In this document: piece by piece, positions 48,698-62,123 of the stretch
Position numbering within the stretch: position 1 is the stretch's first letter
How the letters are laid out: each line of letters begins with the position of its first letter
Assembly (NCBI GenBank): GCA_010093605.1
Contig: MU004187.1
Coordinates: forward strand, 62,001 to 126,000
From: Lophium mytilinum
Taxonomy: Eukaryota
Length of the DNA: 64,000 nucleotides
Direction: 5' to 3'
Notes under the pieces: model-generated
Databases searched by the model: none
What the model was told of the DNA's origin: nothing
What the model saw: the letters and a program-made list of their open reading frames with translations, nothing else
Program-made: the position numbers and the translations under genes

Positions 48698-49891
48698 ATG
48701 GGCGGACTCGCCTTCGCAACGCCTGGGCCCGACGGGTCACCACCGCTCACCGTTCCTCGCATGTCGCCAGCCGTCTATCAAACCCTCAAATCTAAAATAA
48801 CCCCGATTCTCTCACAGTTCTTCTCCAAAGTCGCCACGCCTCCAGAAGCGCCCGGCAAAACGTCCCACGGCGACATCGACTTCCTTGTCGAAGGCCCGCT
48901 AAATTCATCCTTCACCCCCAACGATATTGCGGAAGCTCTTAATGCCACCCGCCATGTCAGAAACGGAGCTACCCGCAGCTATGCCGTGCCACATCCCGAA
49001 GTACCCGACGCGTTCGTACAGGTGGATACGCATGTCTGCCCGGATGGTCGACTAGCTTGGGAGTGCTTCCACCAGGCGTATGCGGACCTGTGGCAGATCA
49101 TTGGGGTCGCACATCGCTCGCTTGGGCTGACGGCGACTGACAAGGGCTTGCATGTTCGGATTGAGGAGATTGAGGCGAAGGACTGGAAGGCGAGTATGCT
49201 GTTCTTGACGGACGATCCGGTCCGGGTTTTGCAGTTCTACGGACTGGATGTAGAGAGGTATCAGAAGGGATTTGAAGAGATGGACGAACTTTATGAGTGG
49301 GTAGTTGGAGGGAGGTTCTTCAGTCGAGAGGTGCTGGAAAAGAGGGAGGAGAAAGCGAATGATCGACGAAGGTTGAAAGAGAGGAGCATGTACAGGATGT
49401 TCATCCGTGAGTGGATGCCGGCACATCCTGATGCGGGGATAAAAGACAACTGGACAAGGCGGGATGTCTTAACAGAGGGCTTGAAGGAGTTCGGGAAGCA
49501 GAAGGAGTACGACGATATCTTACACGAGCATCAGATCCAAGAAGATGAAGCGGCGTTGTGGCAAAGGGTTGCGGCCGCCATACCCAAAGATGGCAATGGG
49601 CTCAATCGGGCGCTGAAGGCTTTGAAGGTATGGGTTCGTTTCGAGGATGGCAAGCCGGTTGTGCGGACGGTTCCGAAGCTAGGTGTGCAAGGACGACCTC
49701 TCTGGGTTTTGGTAGTCCAGGACGAGGAGAACTTGCTCCAGTGGGTCGAAGGGCACTGGGAAGAAGTTAGAGCGTTGGAGAAAATGAGGCAAACGGACGA
49801 AAGGCACGAAAGGGAAGCTCAAAAGAGGCCGATGGATGGCGAAGCAACTGAAGAGGTAACATCTGACGAAAGAAATACAGAAGCACGATGA
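48698..49891 (+). CDS. Uncharacterised Pol-beta-superfamily nucleotidyltransferase-like protein
   Basis: MGGLAF..PRMSP..Y; KTSHGDIDFLV (DxD); third acidic residue in FVQVD; intronless. Confidence 0.75.
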   Translation: MGGLAFATPGPDGSPPLTVPRMSPAVYQTLKSKITPILSQFFSKVATPPEAPGKTSHGDIDFLVEGPLNSSFTPNDIAEALNATRHVRNGATRSYAVPHPEVPDAFVQVDTHVCPDGRLAWECFHQAYADLWQIIGVAHRSLGLTATDKGLHVRIEEIEAKDWKASMLFLTDDPVRVLQFYGLDVERYQKGFEEMDELYEWVVGGRFFSREVLEKREEKANDRRRLKERSMYRMFIREWMPAHPDAGIKDNWTRRDVLTEGLKEFGKQKEYDDILHEHQIQEDEAALWQRVAAAIPKDGNGLNRALKALKVWVRFEDGKPVVRTVPKLGVQGRPLWVLVVQDEENLLQWVEGHWEEVRALEKMRQTDERHEREAQKRPMDGEATEEVTSDERNTEAR

Positions 49892-50571
49892 GCAAAAGTA
49901 GAGTCTTAAAGGAAATTTTATATCCATTCCTTACTCAAAGCGGATACAAATGCTATTCTCTCGCCTCGCTATGGACTATGACCCATTCCAACACCTGGGG
50001 GAGCTTCTACGGTATATCTGCGTTCTTAACGAAAGGAACTAGAGACTGGGCTAAGTAAGAAATTTAGTGCCACAAGGAAACTTATTCTCATTCTCCTAGC
50101 TATCTTAGCGACATGGACGGAGTGCTAGGAATAGGCCCTTTCGGGATTACTTAATACGGTTCACATGTGAGCCCTGGAGCCCAAATAACAAGTGGTACTT
50201 TCACCCTCGCCTCGGATGTTCAGAACACCAAGCTGAGAGAAAATCTCATCTAGCCAATGATGATGCATCAGATTTCCTTTCTGCTTGGCCGTACATGGCT
50301 CTCGAAGGATTCTTCGCTCATGAGTTCGAGTGTTACCCGAGAACGGACACGTCTATGTGATACCCTCCTAAGATGTCTAATTGGCAACGACAGCCAAGAC
50401 TGCGCACAAGTACAACGTTCTCCAAGTCTGAGGTTTAAGCTGGATCTGTATTTTACCCCTCTTCATCAACCCAAACTTCTCACTTCGTCTACGAACAGCA
50501 CTTTCGAAAAGGCCTACGGATCTTCGCCGTATCTATCTACTACTAGCTAAACACGATACAAAAGCTACGCA

Positions 50572-53500
50572 ATGAGCGTACCGGCCTTCGGAGACTTTGT
50601 AAAGTTGATTGAGCTTGCCAATGAGGTCTATCGGCGCTTTATGGATGCGCCAGAACAATTCCAGGCTCTCTCTGATGAGTAAGTACTCCGATTCTACTCT
50701 TTCTAGAGCTCATAAACCCGGTACCAGCCTCCTGCGGATCTCATGGCGATCATTACGTTCCCTCGTTACTCCATGGGCTTCCATTGTTTTTAATCAGCAC
50801 CGCTGCCAAAAGAAAATCATCACCAGACACTCATCATTTGAGTAGGGTCAAAGGCCTTGAAGCGGTCCTTGGAAACGTTAAAAGTATCCTATCCAAACGG
50901 GAGCTCACAAGCAAGCAAACGGAGGTTTTGGTAAGCATCTTCGTCGGATGCCAAAATGTTCTCACCCCAATGAACACAAAATTGGAGAAGTACCAAGGCA
51001 TTGAGCCTCATAAGAAAGATAGCGACATTCAAAACATGCGCGTTAAGTTCCGAACGGCGTGGAAGAAAGTGAATTGGGACGCCAAAGAGGTCCAGGAGCT
51101 TCGAGGCCGCCTCACTTCTAACATATCACTATTGAATGTTTTCTACGCAGATCTCAATAGGTAATCTTCCAGCAAGTCCAGATAACTTAGGAACTTCGGA
51201 CTAATGACGGACAGCCAAGCCATCAGCAAAATACACGTCCATCAAGAGAATCAAAACCTCCAAACTGAAACTGCAAAGGCTCAAGCAAAGCGAAGAGAAA
51301 TCCTTGACTGGCTCACCTTGCTCACACCAGTTAACTATACTACTCAGCAAGATGATTTCATCCGCCGACGACAAGAACACACTGGTGAATGGTTATTGGG
51401 GTCGAGCGAGTTCCAGACCTGGTTCCGTAACAAAAACCAAACATTGTTCTGTCCCGGCATTCCAGGAGCGGGAAAGACGATAATGACATCAATTGTGGTG
51501 GACAATCTCCATTCGAGTCTCAAGAAGGGCGACAACATTGGCATTTCATGTATCTATTGCAATTTCCGGCGACATCATGAGCAGAAACCCGAAGACTTGC
51601 TCTCCAGCATATTGAGACAATTGGTCGAAGGACAACCGGTCATTCCAGACGAAATAGAGATTTTGTATAGTCACCTTAAAGACATAAGGGCCCGGCCATC
51701 CTTGAAACAGATATTGACGGTTTTGCAAGCCGTGATTCTCACCTTTTCGAAGACTTTCATCATTGTTGACGCCCTTGATGAGTGTCAAATTTCGGATGGA
51801 GGTCGTCAGAAGTTCTTGACCGCATTGTTCAACCTTCAGGTCCAGACGGAATCAAACATCTTTGCAACTTCGCGATATATTCCGGAGATCACCGCAAGAT
51901 TTGCGTCCGCCATACGAGTTGAGATTCGAGCAACTGACGAAGATGTACGAAGATACGTTGATGGTCGTCTTCCAGAGCTGCCACCGTTTGTATCTCGCAA
52001 TCCCAACTTGCAGGAGCACGTCAAGTCGGTCTTGGTAGAAGCCGTTGAAGGAATGTATGTGTTTCACCAATCGTCTCATCTGGCATGACTGAGTAGCCTT
52101 GTATAGGTTCCTCCTCGTAGACTTGCATTTCAGCTCGCTGGTCGGAAAGAAATCAGCCAAGGCACTCAAAACAACATTGAAAACCCTCCCGAGAGGATCT
52201 GATGCATATGATCGATCCTACGACGATATCATGGGGAGAATCAAAGGTCAGGTTGGCGATTACCAGCAACTTGCGATGGAGAGTCTCTCATGGATAACTA
52301 AAACTAAAAGACCTCTAACTGCTACGGAACTCCAGTTTGCTCTTGCTATAGAGATTGGGGAGCCTCGATTTGATGAAGAAAATATCCCTGAACTCGAGGA
52401 TATTATTTCAGTGTGTGCTGGACTTGTCACTGTCGATGAAAAGAGTAGAATCATTCGCCTAGTCCACTACACAACGCAAGACTACTTTGAAAGAACGTGG
52501 AAGACCTGGTTTCCTGACGCACATACTTTGATTACGAACGCTCTGGTGACCTACATATCTATGGATGCTCGTCATGGCCTTGAATCGATTTTTTGGCACT
52601 TTTCGCATTCGAGACCGCTTTTTGATTTAGAGCTCTATCCTTACGCGCTCAAGTACTGGGGAAAGCATGCCAGACTAGCATTAGAAAGCAAACTTGACCC
52701 TGCCTCAACTTGGGAAGAAGTAAAAGAGCCGATATTGAATTTCCTACAAAAGGAAAAGTCGCTGAAAGCCGCAAGTAGATTCGCGGCGGTCCAATCTGAA
52801 TCCACAGGCCGCCACGCGAGATTCAGGATTGGGATACTGTTTGCAGCATACTTCGGACTGGAGCACGCAGTGACAACTCTCTTTGAACTAGGACAAGACA
52901 TCACTGTTGTTGACGATACAGGGAGAACGCCACTGTACTACGCGGCAAGAAACGGTCACCACATCGTAGTGGATTACTTGATTAAGACAGGCGTCGATCT
53001 GAGTCGCCAGCGCTGTGACGAAGCACTGTCGACAGCAGCAGTGAACGGACACCCATTGGTTGTAGCTTTATTGCTTGCGAGTGATGAGGTCGACGTAAAC
53101 ATTCGAGTTCATGATTCCTACGGCGTGACCGTAACTCCCCTTTCTGGGGCGGCAAGGGCGGGACATTTGGCGGTGGTAAATCTATTTCTGGCTGACCAAA
53201 GAGTTGACGTAAATGCACGAGATTCCAAAGGCCGGACGCCACTAGCCATTGCATCGAGGATGGGGCACTTGGCAATGGTCAAATTGTTTCTTGCTGAACA
53301 AAGAGTAGACGTCAACTCCTTTGAACAGTTCGATATTACGCCATTGGGAGCGGCAGTACAGGAAGGCGGGGAAGCTGTAGTGAATCAGTTGCTCGCTGAT
53401 CCAAGAGTCAACCAAAATGCACATCCTAGGGGATCTATGAAGGAGGCAATTCCTCTGGTGGAAGCCATCGCAATCGGTGATGAAGCAATAGTGAAAAGGC

Positions 53501-54516
53501 TACTTGCTGATGGTAGATGCGCCATAAATGGTTTCGGGTACGGAGGAAAAACACCCCTCGAAATGGCAGTAGAGAATGGGAACGTGGCATTAGTACAGCT
53601 ATTGCTCGCCAACAAAAGAATTAACGTAAATGGAGCTGGGACCCACACTGCACTGGGAGCAGCAGTATATCACAGCCGTGAGGCAACGGTCAAGCTGTTC
53701 CTTACGGACCCTCGGGTTGACGTGAACGCTGCTTGTATTGGCAGCTCAACGCCACTGGGATTAGCCGCAGAATCTGGCAATGAGAACATCGCAGAGCTGT
53801 TGCTTGCCGATCCAAGGATTGAAGTAAATGCCCTGGATTTGGATGGATGTACACCACTACACAAGGCGGCAGAACGAGGACAGGGCCATATTATGAAGCT
53901 CTTACTCGAGGTAGACAGCATAGATGTGAATGTTGCTGATTCAAGTGGACAGACAGCTCTAGGGATAGCTGCAAGGACGGGTTACCAAAAAGCAGTGAAG
54001 CTCTTGCTCGCTAAAGCTGAAATAGACGTAAATGCGGTCGATTTGAACGGACGGACACCATTAGCATTGGCAGCAACCTCTCCATGGCGCGCACTTGAGT
54101 TCGAAAGGCCAGACGCAGGCGAGGCAGTAGTCAAACTGTTGCTTACAGATGAAAGAGTTCAGGTGAACGCCTTCGATTCAGCAGGGCAAACCCCACTGGG
54201 AATAGGGTTACGTAGAGGCACCGAGGAAGTGGTGAAGTTATTGCTTGCTGATGAGAGAGTGGATGTGAATGCGGTAGACTCGGAAGGACGTAGTCCCTTG
54301 ACTTTGGCGACGTCAGTCCCATGGCTGGAACAGGAGAAGGAGGTGGTCATGGAGCGCTGGGGCTACTACCCGAACGAGCAAGACGATCGCGAAGTGGAGC
54401 TCAAGAGACGCGAAGGGCGGGAGGCTGTGATCAAACTCTTGTCTGAAGACGACAGAGTAATTGACAAGCAACGTAGCAGCCAACTTGTGCAAGGTGGAAA
54501 CGATGTCAAGGACTAA
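50572..54516 (+). CDS. Fungal NLR-like protein: helical (HeLo-like/SesA-type) N-terminus + NACHT + ankyrin repeats, 4 exons
   Basis: Introns 50679-50845, 51161-51214 and 52055-52106 keep the frame; GDFVKLIELA..DAPEQF; Walker A GIPGAGKT; Walker B IIVDALDEC; RLVHYTTQDYF; more than 12 G.TPL..AA ankyrin repeats. Confidence 0.93.
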
Positions 54517-55596
54517 GGAGCCGAGTGAATACCAACGGGCAAATTTCAACCTAACCTGTACTTAGGCAAAGCGCTGAGGAGGAGTTCTCCAGAAGGACAG
54601 TACCTGGGTAGTAGTCTATGCAGACGTGTTTGCTCCTGTCTGAGGTGCTTCGATGCCCTGATACAAACCCGAATAAGATGTGAATGTCTGGCAGTATGGG
54701 TCTCAACGCGTTGAAACAGCTCTAACTGGCCTGCGTTGCCATTGTCCTGGTTGCATCGGCATATTTTCAGTACTCAACGATGTTCCTGACCAAGGGACTA
54801 TTTCAGTCTCTAAATAATTGATGAAGACTATTTAGAATGAGTCTTCCGTCCATGGCGACCGTTAGACAAATAAAGGCTACTGAAGTAAAGATAGAGTCGT
54901 TAGTAGGGTTAGCCTGTGTCTACGTATATTATCTTGATAGATGTCCGCTGATAAGTGGAATGCAGTACTATGTTAAAAATCTAAGCACGTGAATATCTTA
55001 CAGCTTTGGCTCCAGCTTTGCTCGGTTGACAACACTGTCAGGGGTGCCCCAGGTAGCAGGATAGCTTCATCAAAAGGAGCTCTTAAATCCACGGGCGTAA
55101 GGCCTTAAAGTCGAGGAATCAGTATTGCTAGCGTTTCTTTTCTCATTCGCTCGACTGCGTAGCCTCTGCAGTATTCTTCATAACACAAACACGACTAAGC
55201 CATATGTCAGGGCATACAGATCTGTCACTGCTTGGCTTCGATTCTGCTCACTTGACACCAATGTCGGGGGTAGCCTGGCTAAGAAGCAGCTGAATAGGCA
55301 AGAGGCAGTCTAATCTGTACTGCTTGAAACTCGACATCGCCTTTGGTACTCGCCTTTGGTACTTCGAAATCCTCGGGAGTTCTCCAAGCAATGGCGATCC
55401 AGTGTGCCCAGACTTAAGGCCTGTCACTATAGCTATTGACGGCTTAAGCTGAAACATGCTGGGTATCATTCCTTCTATCATACCAGACCTCATCTACGTG
55501 ATGCCATCCCAAATCTGAAGAATGAACTTTTAGTTCCTTTCCAACGCCATAGCCCCACAAAAGCGATGCTGAAAAGACTAGCCCCATGGAAAGCTC

Positions 55597-56886
<1,290 letters not shown>

Positions 56887-57162
56887 TTATGAAGCAGCAG
56901 CTAGTACCTATGGTTGATATGTTGGTGAGGCGCTGGAGTAATGAATTCTGGAACCGGCGTTTTCACTTCTCACACACTCTAAATTGGACTTGTAGAGCGA
57001 CTGTGGCGGTGCATTCTTCTTGTTACACTGCACGCCAAGGGCTGTTGATCCCGAACCTCCGACGATACGATTCGTGCTCGGTCGGGTGTTCACGTCATCG
57101 CTAGCTCAAGCTCTTCCTTCTTTCTCACTTCTCCCCTCTCATTCTCTCCCTACACATCCGCC

Positions 57163-58314
57163 ATGTTTTCTCGTCAAGTTTTCCGCCCGGCAGCGACTCT
57201 GCGCCAGGTAATTGATCCCATTGCTCTCCAAGAGTCTACCCATTATATACTGACATCAAGCTAGAGCGTCCGCCGATATGCGACTGAACCTCCAAAGGGT
57301 GGTTCTAGTACTGTCCGGAACCTAGGACTTGTAGCTGCAGCAGCCGCCGTTGGAGGTGCTTACTACTTCAATTCCGCCAAATCGCCAGTTCCAGCGGTGC
57401 TCGAGTCAAAACCAGCTGGACAACCCAAACCCGCCTTTACTGGTGGTGATCAGGGTTTTCTTTCCTTGGTTTTGGACAACGTCCAGGAGATCAATCACAA
57501 TACCAAGAAGCTCAGATTTAAGCTGCCCGAAGAGGACATGACCTCAGGCTTGCACGTCGCATGTGAGTTCTCTCGGTCCAGGCCTATTGTGCAGCATCAA
57601 TTGACAGTTTGTAGCTGCCGTTATAACAAAGTACAAAGGACCGGAGATGGAGAAGCCTGTGATCCGTCCATACACTCCAATTAGCGACGTTGGTAAGCTT
57701 GTGCCCTCGAAGTATATCCGCGACTCCACTGACCCTTCATAGACGACCAAGGCTACCTCGACTTCATAATCAAGTGTTACCCGAACGGCGCCATGTCCGA
57801 GCACATGCACAACCTGATCCCTGGACAGCGTCTGGATATCAAGGGCCCCATCCCGAAGTTCCCATGGACACCCAACAAGCACGAGACAGTCGTCATGATT
57901 GCTGGAGGGACTGGCATTACCCCCATGTGGCAAGTCGCCAATGCCATCATGAAGAACCCTGAAGACCGTACGAAGGTTACTCTAATTTCGGCCAACATCT
58001 CTGAGGATGACATTCTGCTAAAGGATGAGCTAGCAAAGCTAGAGAACACATATCCCCAGCGCTTCCGCGCCTTTTACGTTCTCGACAAGCCCCCAGAAAA
58101 GTGGCAGGGTGGCAAGGGCTTCGTGTCGAAGGAGCTCCTCAAGACTCTTTTGCCCGAGCCCAAGGAGGGCGATAAGGTCAAGATCTTCGTTTGCGGTCCT
58201 CCGCCAATGTACAAAGCTATCAGCGGCGGCAAGAAGAGCCCATCGGACCAGGGCGAGCTAGATGGCTACCTTAAGGAGCTCGGATATAGTAAAGATCAAG
58301 TGTACAAGTTCTAA
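57163..58314 (+). CDS. MCR1: Mitochondrial NADH-cytochrome b5 reductase, multi-exon
   Basis: Presequence [23 protein letters not shown], membrane anchor, [36 protein letters not shown]. Confidence 0.95.
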
Positions 58315-58676
58315 GATGTGGAAAGTCCTGTATCAGTATACTTTGTGCATCGGTTTCTTTCCGATTAGAATAGAGGTATCCGATAGAGAGCGAAGCAGTG
58401 TATAACAACACATGTGTTCTTGGTAATTCAATGAAAGCCGGTACGATTATTGTAACGATTTCTTTTGCCCATCATAGCAACTCGCGACATATATCTACTC
58501 TCTTGTTGTGTTGATCAAGAAAATAAGAGAAGGGCCAATGATATATATTGTGGCGGGCGGGCTAGCGTATCAAATAACCTAGCTGCGAAGCTGATCCCTG
58601 TAGCACGATAGGCGCTACCAGCAACCCTTGGTAATGGGACTCGCCAGGCGGACGGTACAACTCCTAACCACCAAGC

Positions 58677-61600
58677 ATGGGATATCCGCCGCAAGCTAAC
58701 CACGGCTTGTCTGCTGGCTCATACAACCAATATCCTTCTGTTCCTCCCCCACCACCGTATCCGCGTAATTGGGGAAGTCAGCCTCCAAAGCAGGCTCCGC
58801 CCTTACCGCCTAGGCCTTTACCTCCACCATTGCCGCCTCGGTCTCCTCAGCCTCCGAAGTATGGGCCGTCTCCGGTTCATAATATTCCTGCTGTTCAAGA
58901 CGTGACTGCAAGAATCCAAAGGCTCAACACCAATGATTCGTTCTATTCCTACCCAGACCCTCCAAACCCTCCTGGGTCCCAGTGGAATGCTTCTCAAGTT
59001 GGCCTAGCTGCCCAAAGTGGCCATCATTTAGCCCCTTCGTCACAGAATTGGCAGAGTCCAGAACACTCAAATTACCAACATCAAGTTTCAGGGCAGACGC
59101 CTGGAGTCTATCAGCAACCAAACGTCAGTCATGCATCAGCTGACCCACACCAAAATGTCCATTATGGTGCAACCTCACAGCCTCAAGCCCCTCAGCCGCT
59201 AGGGTCTCACATGGTATCAGGTAGTGGTCAATATAGTAGTGACCAACAGTCTCATCAAGGTTATTCAGGGCCACCATCAAATCCAAGCTTTGGGTCTGCA
59301 AATGCCGGCACAAACTCCTTCCCAGTAGCGAATTACGAGTCTTCACAGCCTACATACCCTCAACAATCTCAAAATGTGCCTTTGCAACAATATTCGAATT
59401 ACTCAGGTCAAACCGAGCATTCCGGGGTAGTCTCTTCTGCCTCTGTCAGCTCAGCTCCGACTCAACAATCTCAATACTCGCAAACTGGATACCACTATCC
59501 ACCCCCGCCCCCGTCTCCAAATCCGCACCAACAATCCCCTGGCTATCTAGTTTCTCCAACACCTTCACAAGCAACGACACCACATCTGTCTGCTCCATCC
59601 CCTGTCTATGCTGCCTATAATCCGCAACGTACTTCACATCCTCTTTCTCCCTCATCTCCGATTGGGTTCCAGCAATCTCCCACGAACTATTCCGGGTCTC
59701 CGAAACCTTTAGTAGAAGCAGTATCTCAAGTTCACAAACAATCCCCGGCTTATGCTGCTTACAACCCCAGTCAGTCGTCTGGAGACTACAATCAGCCGCC
59801 ACATACCCTTATATCTCACAATCCATCAGCAGCACTCAAGTCTCAGAATCAGTTTCCACTCTCCTCTACAACTATTCAAAGCTCAAATGTACCTGTTGAG
59901 CTCGATTCGACCCCGGCTGTATCTACCTTTGCGGCGTCTAGCTCACCCGGGTTCTTTGCCGAATTGGAGGCTCCTGGGCCAGTCGCACGTCAAAGTCCAC
60001 TCCCAAACCTAGACAGCGATAAGGAGGTTGTGGTATCATTCTCTAGTAAACTTCCTTCTGAGCTCCCGTCTGAGCTCCCGTCTGGGCTCCCGTCTGAGCT
60101 CCCGTCCGAACTTCCTTCCGAACTTCCGTCCGAGCAATCAAACTTTCATCAGTCGAACGAAGCAGGCGCTGGTAAACACCCGTATCACCCTGACTTGAGG
60201 AACACCACTTCGAGGACATCCACCCCTTCGATCCCGACGAATAATCAGCCATATCAGCCACCGTTACGGACGCGGCCTCCTCGCATGATCACGAATGAAT
60301 CAGAAATCTATATCCGCATCCTTGATCCACCTCCAAATATTCCAGCCGAACACAGCTCAAACTACTACATGCTCCGCAAGTGCTCTTATCCTACAGACAT
60401 CGCATATCCCGCTTTCTGGTTTCGAACATCCTTCGTACCTGATTTCAATGTCTGCACCTACTGTTTCGAAACACATATCCGCAATTCCCAATTTTCCGAG
60501 ATGTTTGAGGGCACACTACAGCCGGCTTTCCCCAGTACTAGGTGCAACTTTGGAGTTCCCACGGTGTTGAGGATGATGTGGTCGTTGGCGCTTAAGACGA
60601 ATAATTTCGCATCCTTGAAAGCATACATGGAGCGACGGGTTTCACTTCCACGATGCTATGGCTCTCATGGCGTCGTGGGAAGTACAGCTGGACCGGAAGG
60701 GATCAAATGGTACTCTCCACGGAATGACCAAGCATTAGGCTTTGTCGCCTGCGAAGCATGCTACGAAGAACAAGTCAAAGGAACATCCTTCGCCTTAAAT
60801 TTCGAGCGTTGTCCGCGAGCACAAGGTCCAAATGATACCTGGGCGTGCGATCTATCATTCTCATACATGCTGCGGGCTATCAATCTGTACAGCATGGCAA
60901 ACATGTGGCCCTCTTTCATCACCTCTGCTACCCGGCGGGTGACGCTGCCAGAATGTGTAGGCCTCTCGAGCGTGAAAACGGGCACAAGATCATGGTACAC
61001 CACTGCAAAACCAATCAAGGGCGCAATTGTCTGCGAAGCGTGTTATCTGGACCATGCCGGGCTTACTGACTTCGAGCGGGAATTTGTTTCGTACCCTGTG
61101 GACGACACCAACCGCAATCAGGCGTGCAATTGTGACTTATGGCCCTTGCCTTTGAAAGTCAGCATGGAAGTAGCCCGAGATACGTATAACTTCTCCATAT
61201 TTTGGGACACTTTCAACGTCTTCTCCAACAACCCCCCTTGTACGAATGAGGGTATCACAGACGGAACATGGTACACCCTCAAAGGCGGCTGCCAGAACTT
61301 TGATTTATGCATAACCTGCTACACCGGCTGGGTGAGAGCCCTGAAACTTACCCAGCACTTCGAACCACGCGCACCCGCCCCTCCTGGCACCAATCTCATG
61401 TGCGACTTCAACGCCGCCTCCCCTCGCTTCGCGAAATACATCAATAAGTATGCCGAAGCGATCAGCACCCCTAACTTCGCCGCCTTCTCCAACTACGTCC
61501 ACCGCGTCGCCGATCTCCCCATTTGCCAGACCACTGATTTCGTCGCCAATCGCCGCTGGTGGATACTGCAGAACCTAGATCCGCGCAAGACCGTCCACGT

Positions 61601-62123
61601 CTGCGAGTCCTGCTACGAAGACGCCATCCGCGGCACCGCCCTCGCACACATTTTAGAGCACACCCCAACCCCTCTCCCACAAGGCATCATGTGCGAGATG
61701 TATTCCGCCAACATGCGCAAGCGATGGATCACGCTTTCAAACTCGAAAACTCCTGACATCGAAGCCTTCGTGGAGTACTGCCAGCACCGCAACGCCGTCT
61801 ATACGCAGACAGTGCCGGCTATGAAAGCTATCATCGCTCAAGCCAAACTCCGCTTGCAGCAGCAGACGATCCTGAATGCCACGAGCAGTTTCTATAACTC
61901 CGCGAACGCAATTTCGGCGGCGTCAGCGCAAATACATTATGGACCGGGTGGGACTACAGGCGGCCATTTGTACGGGAATGGCGCGTTAGGGTATCACTGG
62001 GAGACGCCTTGTGGGGTTCAGGGGGCGGTCGCGGGGCAGCAAGCGATGGGGCTGGTGGCACAGGGGATGGGAGATACGGCGAGGGTGGGGGTGTTGGAGA
62101 GGATGTGGAAGGAGGTGGAGTAG
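58677..62123 (+). CDS. 1148-aa protein: Pro/Gln/Ser-rich N-half plus five Cys-rich repeats
   Basis: Single long ORF with repeated W...CxxC(Y/F)...C units (CTYC, CEAC, CEAC, CITC, CESC). Confidence 0.85.
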   Translation: MGYPPQANHGLSAGSYNQYPSVPPPPPYPRNWGSQPPKQAPPLPPRPLPPPLPPRSPQPPKYGPSPVHNIPAVQDVTARIQRLNTNDSFYSYPDPPNPPGSQWNASQVGLAAQSGHHLAPSSQNWQSPEHSNYQHQVSGQTPGVYQQPNVSHASADPHQNVHYGATSQPQAPQPLGSHMVSGSGQYSSDQQSHQGYSGPPSNPSFGSANAGTNSFPVANYESSQPTYPQQSQNVPLQQYSNYSGQTEHSGVVSSASVSSAPTQQSQYSQTGYHYPPPPPSPNPHQQSPGYLVSPTPSQATTPHLSAPSPVYAAYNPQRTSHPLSPSSPIGFQQSPTNYSGSPKPLVEAVSQVHKQSPAYAAYNPSQSSGDYNQPPHTLISHNPSAALKSQNQFPLSSTTIQSSNVPVELDSTPAVSTFAASSSPGFFAELEAPGPVARQSPLPNLDSDKEVVVSFSSKLPSELPSELPSGLPSELPSELPSELPSEQSNFHQSNEAGAGKHPYHPDLRNTTSRTSTPSIPTNNQPYQPPLRTRPPRMITNESEIYIRILDPPPNIPAEHSSNYYMLRKCSYPTDIAYPAFWFRTSFVPDFNVCTYCFETHIRNSQFSEMFEGTLQPAFPSTRCNFGVPTVLRMMWSLALKTNNFASLKAYMERRVSLPRCYGSHGVVGSTAGPEGIKWYSPRNDQALGFVACEACYEEQVKGTSFALNFERCPRAQGPNDTWACDLSFSYMLRAINLYSMANMWPSFITSATRRVTLPECVGLSSVKTGTRSWYTTAKPIKGAIVCEACYLDHAGLTDFEREFVSYPVDDTNRNQACNCDLWPLPLKVSMEVARDTYNFSIFWDTFNVFSNNPPCTNEGITDGTWYTLKGGCQNFDLCITCYTGWVRALKLTQHFEPRAPAPPGTNLMCDFNAASPRFAKYINKYAEAISTPNFAAFSNYVHRVADLPICQTTDFVANRRWWILQNLDPRKTVHVCESCYEDAIRGTALAHILEHTPTPLPQGIMCEMYSANMRKRWITLSNSKTPDIEAFVEYCQHRNAVYTQTVPAMKAIIAQAKLRLQQQTILNATSSFYNSANAISAASAQIHYGPGGTTGGHLYGNGALGYHWETPCGVQGAVAGQQAMGLVAQGMGDTARVGVLERMWKEVE
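60048..60131 (+). repeat. Coding 12-bp tandem repeat (7 units, ELPS)
   Basis: GAGCTCCCGTCT-like units encoding KLPS ELPS ELPS GLPS ELPS ELPS ELPS. Confidence 0.9.

Noticed and set aside
52900..54330. Highly internally conserved (hypervariable het-type) repeats in the NLR
   Set aside because: The ankyrin repeats are clearly divergent at the nucleotide level; no near-identical units.
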